Made by a program: the position numbers and the translations under genes. The notes under the pieces were generated by a model, which saw only the letters and a list, made by a program, of their open reading frames with translations, did not search any database and was not told where the DNA came from. Shown here in pieces: positions 54,044 through 62,768 of a stretch of DNA of 64,000 bases. The stretch covers positions 62,001 to 126,000 of IMG/VR virus record IMGVR_UViG_3300035180_001778; one strand, 5' to 3'. How positions within the stretch are numbered: position 1 is the first letter of the stretch; each line of letters starts with the position of its first letter.

Positions 54044-54193
54044 TCACTTGTAGGGCTTGGCAGTCCAGTCGTGAATGGCGTCGATCTTCTTGCTGAGCTT
54101 CTTGAAGCCCAGCTCGTCCAGAATGTCTGCGTAGAACAGCCACTTGTGGGCGATGCAGTTGTGGACGTAGCTGATTGCAAGGCGGCGGATCAT
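54044..54193 (-). CDS. Small hypothetical protein (49 aa)
   Basis: MIRRLAISYVHNCIAHKWL..IHDWTAKPYK; ATGA overlap; GC3-rich. Confidence 0.6.
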   Translation of the reverse strand: MIRRLAISYVHNCIAHKWLFYADILDELGFKKLSKKIDAIHDWTAKPYK

Positions 54194-54471
54194 GATCGCG
54201 AACTCCTGTTTTGAAGAGCCTTGAAGTCGGCCTCTCGAATCCGTTTCCCCCCGACATAGTACCAGCGCGAGCCATCGGGGTCATAGTCACAACCCCCACA
54301 TCGAACGGGGGAGACCATGTGCGATGCGATGAGCTTCCTCATTTCGGGGTCTTGGATCATCCTCCGGAGTTGTTCTGCCGGGTAGTCCCCACTCCCAACT
54401 CCTTTGGGGGGTTGAACCATGGCTGCGGCCAGAAGCTTCTTTGCTTCGGAAGGATCTTTTTGAATGCTCAT
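54190..54471 (-). CDS. Hypothetical protein (93 aa)
   Basis: ATGA overlaps on both sides. Confidence 0.6.
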   Translation of the reverse strand: MSIQKDPSEAKKLLAAAMVQPPKGVGSGDYPAEQLRRMIQDPEMRKLIASHMVSPVRCGGCDYDPDGSRWYYVGGKRIREADFKALQNRSSRS

Positions 54472-57400
54472 GTGGTGGCTTCCCGGTAGGTGATGGTGAA
54501 GGCCCCCAGATCGATGTACTCGACCTGAGTCGTGAAGATGTCGTGTGCGTTCTTGTCGCCTCGGATGACGTAGCTCGCGGAGTAGGTGTGCTTCCCAGGG
54601 TCGTCCGTGGGAAGACTCGCCCCAAGGAGGGAGACAACAACATGATTTGCTGTCCTCCGTAGCCGTTCGGTCGTCCGGGCATCTACCGTGAGGAAGCCGG
54701 CTGCCGTCAGGGTGGCGTCGTCCGAGTAGCCCGTGATGTCAGCCCCCGTCGCGCCGATGATGAACGCCTGGTTGGAGGCACCACCAACCATGAGAAGGGA
54801 CGATGAGAGCGACATGCTCTCATCGTCCTGGAAGACCCCTCGGTGTTCCGTGTCGAGCCCGCCGCCATCCGTCGTGGGGGATTGGAGGGGGTTGAGCAGC
54901 ATGTAGACGATGTTGCCCACGATATCGAGAATAGGGAGAGGGACGAAGTCCGAGAGAATGGTCTCCCGGAGCTTCCGGGACCCATCTGCGTAGGCCATCT
55001 TGGCGAGCGGCACGATCTGGTAGTCGACCCCTTGCGTCGAGTCGACCGCGTTGATGATGTCGCTTTGGGCGGAGCCCTGCCCAATGAGCTTCTGGTTCAG
55101 CTCCAGGCTCACAGAGGTGTGAATGGCCGGATCCGTCGTGTCCTTGGTCGCCCCTCGCTTGAGCTGAACCGTGGTCTCGATGTCGATCTGGTTCAGAACC
55201 GCCTGCTTCACGAGAACATCTGCCGTCGTGTGCCGGCGGTTGTTCACCACATGCTGCAAGTCCTGAAGCAGGTCGTTGATCACATAGGTGACCGTGAAGT
55301 TCTCGTCGTGTGTGTAGTCGACGCTCACGGACTGCCCATTCTTGATCAGCGAAGAGGCCGTCCGAACGATCTTCGCGGGGGACGTGGGGGTTCCCACGAT
55401 GATCTCGAAGTCAGGGAGAAGCGTCCCCGGACCATCGTATTCCACCGTCCGAGCCTGGTTGAAGACACGGATGGTCTTGGTGTTGACTCCGATGGTGTCC
55501 AGAGGCTCCTGGACGAAACCAATGAGGACGTGGGTCTCATTGTTGATCTGAATGGTGTTCCCCGAGGGCTTGCCATTCGCTTGGAGGATCGAGAGGTAGT
55601 CCTTCGCGATTGTGCTCTCGCCCGTCAAAAGAGGATCGTCGTTCTTGTAGAGGAGGTAGTTCACGGAGGGGTCGAGAGGCCCTGCAACCTCCCCGACCAC
55701 CGACACGACTCGACGCACCGGCTGTAGGGTGAACCGGAACTGGTTGACGACTCGGAAACGGTAGTCCGCGACAATCGAGTCATCGAGATGAGTGACAGGT
55801 TGCGCAAGGGTGCTGTCGATCCTGAACGTCTGGTAGTCGAGAATCACGACCCCAGTGAGGTCGTAGTCCTGACCCGCCGAGACGTTGTGAACCCCCAACC
55901 CCTGAATGGAGTTGTTGAGGATCTCGACGATGGGGGTAGAGAGCGTCACTCGGGAGTCGAGCACCCGGAAGGTGAGCGTCGAGAGGTCGATGATCTGAAC
56001 GAGGACATCCCTGGCAATCTCGAAGGTGAAGGCGAACTTCTCCGTCACTTCGCGCTCGCGAATGCCTTGCACCCAGATGTCGACCTTGCCTCCGATGTGC
56101 TTGTGTCGAACCGGATCGTAGTCGCGCATCATCAGGGCATCCCCCGACTTCACGATCTTGGACTTGACGATGCCGACCTCTTCCGCCGCCGTGGCTGCGT
56201 ACCCACCCTCGGTCCCCGTGTCGACCGAGGAGGGCCCCAACATGGTGCGCTCTGCGAGCCCAGCGTTCGACTCCTGGTTGGTGCCGAAGGTTGTGGCCGC
56301 ACGGTTCGTCACTCGAACCCCAGGGACCCCCTGGATGTTCTTGATGGCCGTCGCCGAACGGTTCCCATCCGTGCCGATCGTCTCCGCGATGATGTCGACC
56401 GTCAGCTCATATTGCTTGGTGTCGAAGTTGAAGTAGGCGTCCGCATTGGCCGCCGGGAGAACGAAGGTGCCACCCACACGGAAGCGCACGGAAGGCGTGT
56501 TGGTGTTGCTGTCCGTGTCCGTCGAGACGAAGGTGCCAGCGGGGACAGGGATGTTCTTGAGGGGCCTCGTCGGCGTGTAGATGACCGCCTGCCCAACAGC
56601 GGGCCGACCCGGGAGCCGAGTCTTCCCATGGTTCCTCGCCAGCTTGTCGAACTGGGTGTCGAGGAGATGCTGAACTGCGGCATCCGTCGTGAACCCGAGA
56701 GCGTCCTTCAATGCTGTCTTGTAGGCGGAGGAGGCGACGTCATCCGAGATCCCATCTCCGTTGGCGTCGTCGATCTGAAGAAGCGTCAGGAAGCTCTGGC
56801 TCCTGTGGACGAAGTCCAGAAGGAACCAGATGCGCTCCGCTTCCGAGGTGAACGGGTCGATCGAGACATCTCGCGTTGTCGAGCCCGGGATGAGAGCGAT
56901 CTCCGAGTTGACCCGTTGGACGGCTCGAACGTAGTCGACAAGGATCTGTTGCTCGACACGACCAGGCAAGTCTTTGATCGCCGTGTCGATGATGAGAGGA
57001 GACCCCACAACCTCTTGGCTCGTCGGGGTTTCCACTTCCTCGCCGGTCAAGTTGTTGTAGTAGATCGCCGACACCACGTAGTAGAGCGGGTCATTGTTCG
57101 AGATGCCCGCGAACTGCTCCGAGTTGATGAGCCCAGTCCCGCCAGCTCGGTTGTGCCGGAACGACACGAACTGGTTCAAGCGATACTGCTCCAGAGAGCC
57201 TCGAAGCCGAACCCGATGAAAAACAGTGTTGACGTCTCGGCGATCATCTAGCCGAACATTCAACTCGTTGCCGAACTCGTCTTCTTCCGTGACTCGAATA
57301 CGAACGAACTTCCGGGCTGAGTCCGGCCACGAAGCGATGATGTCATCCTGGATCAGGATGTCTTCTTCAACGGCAGTCACCACCGGCTGAATGATCTTCT

Positions 57401-57938
57401 CGTTGATCCGGAAGAGCCCCGAGACACCCGCGGGACTTGTCGAGGCGTAGACGTGGAACCCGAGGAACTTGACCGGGTAGACGATCGGAAGACCCGTATC
57501 CTCGGACTGCTCGATGATGTCGGCGTCAGGAGTCGCAGCGAGGATGGTCACGGCATTTCGCATCCGCCGAAGCCGGATGCCCGACGGAATCCGAGTCCAC
57601 ACAAGATCGATCGCCTGGACGCGCGAGATGGTGGCCGTTGAGGCACCGCTCACTCCGCCGACAATGTCAATCGCCCGAACCTGAATGACGTTGTCCCCGA
57701 ACTCCAGAAGGAGCCCCGAGGGATAGGTCGTCAGGTTCGGGATGGTGAAGGTCCCGAGATCGATCTTGACGAGCGTCGGGTCTGAAACGAAGGGCCCCCC
57801 GTTGATCGATACCTGAACCGCAGACGTGTTGACGTCGATCGTCCCCGAGAGGACAACCGATCCTTGGTTTGTCGTGAAAACGAGGTTCTGAGTGAACCCG
57901 AGGCTGTCGCGACTTTCGAATAGGGGTGCTGTGGCCAT
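54468..57938 (-). CDS. Baseplate J-like protein (1156 aa)
   Basis: IPGSTTRD, LDTQFDKLARN.G.TR, A.G, IIAETIGTDGN, GTNQESNAGLAER, GT..GY, GGKVDIWV. Confidence 0.85.
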   Translation of the reverse strand: MATAPLFESRDSLGFTQNLVFTTNQGSVVLSGTIDVNTSAVQVSINGGPFVSDPTLVKIDLGTFTIPNLTTYPSGLLLEFGDNVIQVRAIDIVGGVSGASTATISRVQAIDLVWTRIPSGIRLRRMRNAVTILAATPDADIIEQSEDTGLPIVYPVKFLGFHVYASTSPAGVSGLFRINEKIIQPVVTAVEEDILIQDDIIASWPDSARKFVRIRVTEEDEFGNELNVRLDDRRDVNTVFHRVRLRGSLEQYRLNQFVSFRHNRAGGTGLINSEQFAGISNNDPLYYVVSAIYYNNLTGEEVETPTSQEVVGSPLIIDTAIKDLPGRVEQQILVDYVRAVQRVNSEIALIPGSTTRDVSIDPFTSEAERIWFLLDFVHRSQSFLTLLQIDDANGDGISDDVASSAYKTALKDALGFTTDAAVQHLLDTQFDKLARNHGKTRLPGRPAVGQAVIYTPTRPLKNIPVPAGTFVSTDTDSNTNTPSVRFRVGGTFVLPAANADAYFNFDTKQYELTVDIIAETIGTDGNRSATAIKNIQGVPGVRVTNRAATTFGTNQESNAGLAERTMLGPSSVDTGTEGGYAATAAEEVGIVKSKIVKSGDALMMRDYDPVRHKHIGGKVDIWVQGIREREVTEKFAFTFEIARDVLVQIIDLSTLTFRVLDSRVTLSTPIVEILNNSIQGLGVHNVSAGQDYDLTGVVILDYQTFRIDSTLAQPVTHLDDSIVADYRFRVVNQFRFTLQPVRRVVSVVGEVAGPLDPSVNYLLYKNDDPLLTGESTIAKDYLSILQANGKPSGNTIQINNETHVLIGFVQEPLDTIGVNTKTIRVFNQARTVEYDGPGTLLPDFEIIVGTPTSPAKIVRTASSLIKNGQSVSVDYTHDENFTVTYVINDLLQDLQHVVNNRRHTTADVLVKQAVLNQIDIETTVQLKRGATKDTTDPAIHTSVSLELNQKLIGQGSAQSDIINAVDSTQGVDYQIVPLAKMAYADGSRKLRETILSDFVPLPILDIVGNIVYMLLNPLQSPTTDGGGLDTEHRGVFQDDESMSLSSSLLMVGGASNQAFIIGATGADITGYSDDATLTAAGFLTVDARTTERLRRTANHVVVSLLGASLPTDDPGKHTYSASYVIRGDKNAHDIFTTQVEYIDLGAFTITYREATT

Positions 57939-57941
57939 CGA

Positions 57942-59075
57942 TTACCCAGCGAAAACGGGGTTGAGGAGAGACTGTCGAATGTTGCCCTGTTGAAAGGACT
58001 TGATATCGAATGCTTGTGGCAAACGAAGGCCCCGCTCCAGCACAATGGGCTTTTGTGAACGATTCTGAACCGTGACCCGAAGGAAGACCACGGTCACATC
58101 CTGTTTGCTCGGGACGATGTTGACCCCCAACATACGGTAGGGGAACTCGGAGTCCGACACGTACTGCCCGACCTTCTCCTCCTGTCCTCGCTTGATGTCG
58201 TTCCACGCCTTGAAGGTCTGGTAGATGTCCGTCTCAAGGAGACTCTGCATAAGACCTCCCGAGACGATCTTCTTGCCGATGGCCTCGATGAGTGTCGAGC
58301 CGTAAAATGGGTGGAAGCTGTTGCTTCCCCGGATGGTGAGGAAATTCTTCTGTAGCTCCTGAATGAGAAGAGCCTCATCTCGAACCTGAGCAACCTCACC
58401 TGTCTGCCCGTATCGCCAGTCATTCTCGACGCCGATACCCCCACAACGCCGGCAGTCCTGCTTGACGGTCGTGTAGCTGATCTCGACGAAGTCTCCGAAG
58501 CTCCGAAGGGGCTCGTCGAAGATGATGAGCCGGGTAGGCCGATCCGCGAGAGACTTGAGATCCCGAACGAGGGTCCACCCAGGAATGCTTGTCTGCCCTC
58601 GGAACTCTCGGGGAGTCGGGACCCCAAGGAGCGTCGTCATCGTGCTGGTCGCATCGAAGAGGACGCTGGCTCCACGGCCTTCTGAAGCGGTCCTGAACTG
58701 GAGACGCTTTCCCACCCCTCTGAAGGTGACCCCCGTGAGCTGGCGGTTGAGCTGATAGGCAAGGCGATCCGGGGCAAGAGCGGAAGCCGGAGGCAGAACG
58801 ACCGTCTGCAACGGCCCCTGATCGACTCGAACCGCGAGTTTGTCGTTCACCCCTGCGAGGAGGGTAAACGGCCCCTCTTTGCTTCCTGTGGCGGCACCCG
58901 GGAGCTGCAACCCAGATGAGGGGATCAGAGCCTCTCCGTTGAACCGCAGCAAGACAGAGTCCGCCGAAGCAATCGGACGCATCGGCCGAATAGCCCGGCG
59001 ATCCGCTCCGATGTAGAGAGCTTCCTCTGCAACCAGATGGGGGCAGACCTGGTCAATTTGCCGGTCGTAGCTCAT
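57942..59075 (-). CDS. Baseplate protein with C-terminal gp25/gpW-like domain
   Basis: LIQELQKNFLT.RGS..FHPFYGSTL pattern; upstream of J. Confidence 0.7.
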   Translation of the reverse strand: MSYDRQIDQVCPHLVAEEALYIGADRRAIRPMRPIASADSVLLRFNGEALIPSSGLQLPGAATGSKEGPFTLLAGVNDKLAVRVDQGPLQTVVLPPASALAPDRLAYQLNRQLTGVTFRGVGKRLQFRTASEGRGASVLFDATSTMTTLLGVPTPREFRGQTSIPGWTLVRDLKSLADRPTRLIIFDEPLRSFGDFVEISYTTVKQDCRRCGGIGVENDWRYGQTGEVAQVRDEALLIQELQKNFLTIRGSNSFHPFYGSTLIEAIGKKIVSGGLMQSLLETDIYQTFKAWNDIKRGQEEKVGQYVSDSEFPYRMLGVNIVPSKQDVTVVFLRVTVQNRSQKPIVLERGLRLPQAFDIKSFQQGNIRQSLLNPVFAG

Positions 59076-59815
59076 GACCCTTGCTTCTCCCCAGGCGTTG
59101 TAGCCCCGCGCTCGTCGCGGCCGTAGACGTTGTTGGCCTCCCGTGCCGTCCCGCTGGAGAAGGGCAAGAAGGGGGCGTAGACGAGCTTGCCGAACTTGTC
59201 CTTGCCCTGGTCATCCCAGATGGCACGGAACGACGGGTCCCCGAAGAGCTGCTCGACCCTGTCGGCCACATACTCGAAGGAGTCCTCGATGTCCTTGTCC
59301 GCCTTGATGAGGGACAGAAGGTCGATCTCTCCCTGAAGGGAATCGGAGTAGTCGATGGCCCGGCGAATCTTCCTCTCCAGATGATCCAGGCGATAATCGA
59401 GGACCGGACGAACCCACTCACGGGCTTGAGACATCAGCTCTGCGGATTCCCCATCGGCGAGTCCGGGAGCCCCCACGACCTCCCCATTGCTCATGAGCTG
59501 GGCCGGCGTCGTCTCGTCGGTCTTCATCAGGAAGACCGGCTGGTTCATCGACCGCACATGAAGGTCGAAGAGCACGTCCCCGCCAAATACTTCGTAGACC
59601 CCCACAAGCTTCCCGATGTAGGAGTCTGCGGGCTCGGCGACGAACCCCACAGGGACACCTCCAGCATCGTAGGAGAACAGAAGCGACCCCACACGCCCCT
59701 GCTCCGCCGAGAGATGGGTGATTCGGGCGTCAACAACCGTGAGCTGGCTTCGAGCAAACGCCACGAAGCGTTGGAACTGGCTCCTATTAAAAGTGCCTTT
59801 GAAATCGAAGCTCAT
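59072..59815 (-). CDS. Putative structural protein (247 aa)
   Basis: ATGA overlap; lies in the baseplate operon. Confidence 0.7.
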   Translation of the reverse strand: MSFDFKGTFNRSQFQRFVAFARSQLTVVDARITHLSAEQGRVGSLLFSYDAGGVPVGFVAEPADSYIGKLVGVYEVFGGDVLFDLHVRSMNQPVFLMKTDETTPAQLMSNGEVVGAPGLADGESAELMSQAREWVRPVLDYRLDHLERKIRRAIDYSDSLQGEIDLLSLIKADKDIEDSFEYVADRVEQLFGDPSFRAIWDDQGKDKFGKLVYAPFLPFSSGTAREANNVYGRDERGATTPGEKQGS

Positions 59816-60391
59816 TTATGAACCCCCAAATAGGCCACTGCCGACAAGAGAACTCAGGGGAATCCTTGAAGTTGCCGAGACCCCTGTTGCAATTTGAGCA
59901 CAGCAGGGCTCGAACCTTGCCCGTGAGATGGTCGTGGTCGGCATGTACTGAAGTGCTGCCGCGGCCCTTCTTGGCCATTTCAATGTGGCATATTGCACAC
60001 TTCCCAGCCTGTATCTGCCACATGGCCTCGAAGTGCCCGTCGTCCACCCGCTGCGTCGTCGCCTCTCATCCTCAAGATGAGCTTGTCGAAAAGCAGGGTC
60101 GTTTTGGTATCGGTCCTTCTGCTTCTCAGATAGACATCCTGGACACTCCGAGCTTTTCTTCTTGAAAGAAGACCTTGGGAAAGGATTCTGACAAGTCGTA
60201 CAGATTCGCGTCTCAGGTAGAAGCTTTGTTCGCGGGCCAGAAGGCTGCAAAGGAGTGCCACGTCGGAGCAACGTGTTTCGGACCGCCCCCACAGAACACC
60301 CATTGAGGATTGCTAGACCCCCCAATGAGGAACCGCCGAGGTACGCCAACACAAGCGTCCCCTCCTGTTCGGGTGTGAGTACCTTGGCCAA
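59812..60391 (-). mobile_element. Endonuclease VII-type HNH gene with two apparent -1 frameshifts
   Basis: CTTC..CPGC; then Q.GKCAIC..HADHDH.TGKVRALLCSNCNRGLGNFKD; then L.SAVAYL in the third frame; 580+2 nt = 194 codons. Confidence 0.75.
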
Positions 60392-60418
60392 AGTTCTTCT
60401 CCTACAAGGGGGAGAACT

Positions 60419-62590
60419 TTAGAAGATGAGCTGGAGAGCTAAGACGAGATCCGCAACATCCGGAGCGAGATAGGCCAGAGCGATCCCCGCCGCGTACCCT
60501 TGAGGTCCGCTCGTCGGCTGGTTCTGAGCCCCATCAAACGCCGCGATCCAATCCCCAACATCACCCGAGACCGACGGGATGAAGAGGACGGCGAAGTCAA
60601 TCTGGAGGCTCTCGATAAAGTCAAGAATCGACAGGAGGAACTTGATGAATTTCTCCAGGGTGTCGATCTTGCGAATGAGCAGGTCGATGAAGGCCTTGAT
60701 CTCGTCGACCACCCCTCGGAAGGCGTCCACAAGAGCCTGAATCTTGGCGATGATGTCGTAGAGGAACTGCCCCGCCCACGGGATGATGTCTCGTAGAAGA
60801 GAGACCTGGATCCAGTCGGGACGCGAACCCCCCAACGTGAAGGTCCTCAGATAGTTGACCACTGCCAGGACGTTGAGGCGCACCTGAGGGTTCGCAAAAG
60901 CCAGCTTCCAGGCTTTTGCCGTACCATCGCTCACATGCCCTTGGTCGACCCTCGTGAACGCCAGAACGAGCTTCTCCAGGGTGTCCGTGGGGGTCGGCCA
61001 TGAAATGCTGATCGTCCCCTTGGGGAGCGGACCCTGCATGAGGCCTCGGAAGCCCTCGACGAAGGAACCCCCAGCATCGAGCATCGCCGACGTGATCGCG
61101 ATCGTCAGCCGCGAAGACTGAAAACGAACCGCCTTCCGCTGCCAGGGCATCGACAGAGGATTCCCCGTCACAGGGTTCGAGCTGGTCGTCAGAGACGTTG
61201 CTTGGCTGAGCAGGTTCAGAATCGGGACAGAGGAGAATGCTGCAAGAGATCCCGCCTGACTCGTGAGGGACCCCATACCGATATGACTCGCCAACGTCGA
61301 GTCATCGAGGGGGAGCCCCTGCGAGTTGAATTTGTCTCCAGGGTTCGCCGGCAAATGGAAGTCGAGGGAGAAGGCCGTGAGATAGACGGCCTTCAAAATC
61401 CCAATGACATCGAAGTTGGGAGGGAGCTTTGGAATCCTACCCCGAAGGATAGATGACCCCCGTCCGACGATGGGGGGATTTGTAGTGCTCTTGCCCGGCC
61501 AACGTAGGAAGTACTTTCCCCCATCGTTCAAGTTCTGAGAGGGCTTCTCGAAGGTGATAGTCTTGCCGGTGATAGCCAGTTCACCTGAAAAGGCTCGAAC
61601 CCTGTAGAAATAGGCCTTATCGGGCTCAACGTTCTTGTCGATATACCGGAAGGTGCCTAGTTGCCCGAGGAAGAAAGACAGGGAGTTGACCGAAGCGTCA
61701 ACAACGATGTATTCCTGCATCTTGACGAAGGGGTCCCCGTATTCGTCCTTGAGCTTGATCTTCCGCTTGACCGGCAGATTGTTGTTTCGGGGGTCGATAT
61801 AGTTGGACTCGATTTGCGTCGTGACGTAGCCCGCAAGGGAGTTGTCGCCGAGCTGGTCATCCGGGACTTCTTGAACCGGAGGGGTCGTGCTCTTTTCGAT
61901 GAGCCACTTCGGAGGGTAGAACTCCGTGCTGATCTGGGATGTGACCCCCGAGAACCCCGGGTCATGACCCGGGGTTGTGGAAGGAAGAGACCACTCGATG
62001 GCAAGGGCCGTCGGGGGCGTCGTGAAGATTTTGGAGGTCGCCAGAATGGGGTCTCCCTTCGCGCCCACAGGGAGGACCCTCACGTTCGACGGAGCTGCGT
62101 AATGGGGGTTCAGGAACTCCTGTCCGAAGAGACGAAGAAGAACCTGGATCCGCGTCAACAACTGAACCGGCCCGTCCACGTCAACGAGGAGGACGACGTA
62201 GCCTCCCGTCAAGAAGCCCGAGATGGGCTGAGGGCGGTTGGGGTCCTTGCTGTCGACGAGGGAAGACTTGAAGCGCTGGGCGAACCCGCGGTAGCCTCCG
62301 ACCTGCCTCTTGAAGCTCGGGTCCTTCGAGGGGTCCGGGATGTCCAGGTAGAGGTAGAAGCCCGACCGTTGCAGCGTCTTGAAGAGCTTCGTGACGAGGT
62401 CGATCAGGGCTTGAACAATGGCCTTGATGGGGTTCCCGAAGTCGATCAGGAAGACCTTGACTGTCTCCAGAATGGCCTTGAGGACGTCCAAGAGGGTGAC
62501 GAGCGTCTCCAGCGCCGTACTGATTTTCTTCAGTAGGGGCTCGCCGGGCACCTGTAGCTTGTACGACTTCCAGTTGGCCTGAGCAGCCAT
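60419..62590 (-). CDS. Putative structural protein (723 aa) with FN3-like central region
   Basis: Helical termini; YIDKNVEPDKAYFYRVRA segment. Confidence 0.7.
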   Translation of the reverse strand: MAAQANWKSYKLQVPGEPLLKKISTALETLVTLLDVLKAILETVKVFLIDFGNPIKAIVQALIDLVTKLFKTLQRSGFYLYLDIPDPSKDPSFKRQVGGYRGFAQRFKSSLVDSKDPNRPQPISGFLTGGYVVLLVDVDGPVQLLTRIQVLLRLFGQEFLNPHYAAPSNVRVLPVGAKGDPILATSKIFTTPPTALAIEWSLPSTTPGHDPGFSGVTSQISTEFYPPKWLIEKSTTPPVQEVPDDQLGDNSLAGYVTTQIESNYIDPRNNNLPVKRKIKLKDEYGDPFVKMQEYIVVDASVNSLSFFLGQLGTFRYIDKNVEPDKAYFYRVRAFSGELAITGKTITFEKPSQNLNDGGKYFLRWPGKSTTNPPIVGRGSSILRGRIPKLPPNFDVIGILKAVYLTAFSLDFHLPANPGDKFNSQGLPLDDSTLASHIGMGSLTSQAGSLAAFSSVPILNLLSQATSLTTSSNPVTGNPLSMPWQRKAVRFQSSRLTIAITSAMLDAGGSFVEGFRGLMQGPLPKGTISISWPTPTDTLEKLVLAFTRVDQGHVSDGTAKAWKLAFANPQVRLNVLAVVNYLRTFTLGGSRPDWIQVSLLRDIIPWAGQFLYDIIAKIQALVDAFRGVVDEIKAFIDLLIRKIDTLEKFIKFLLSILDFIESLQIDFAVLFIPSVSGDVGDWIAAFDGAQNQPTSGPQGYAAGIALAYLAPDVADLVLALQLIF

Positions 62591-62591
62591 A

Positions 62592-62768
62592 TCAGCTCCC
62601 GTACGTCAGGCGTCGAACCTTACGTTGCAGAGCAGACAGCTCCTTCTCGGAAGCCTCGATGGTCAACTTGATGACCTCTCGCATGTGCTTCTGGATCCCA
62701 AGCTCCTGACGGTGCTCCCAGCCGGGAGCCGGGGCGGGAGTTTCTTCCGGTGCTTTTTCGTCAGACAT
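62592..62768 (-). CDS. Small coiled-coil protein (58 aa)
   Basis: MSDEKAPEETP..ELSALQRKVRRLTYGS; TGATG overlap. Confidence 0.65.
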   Translation of the reverse strand: MSDEKAPEETPAPAPGWEHRQELGIQKHMREVIKLTIEASEKELSALQRKVRRLTYGS

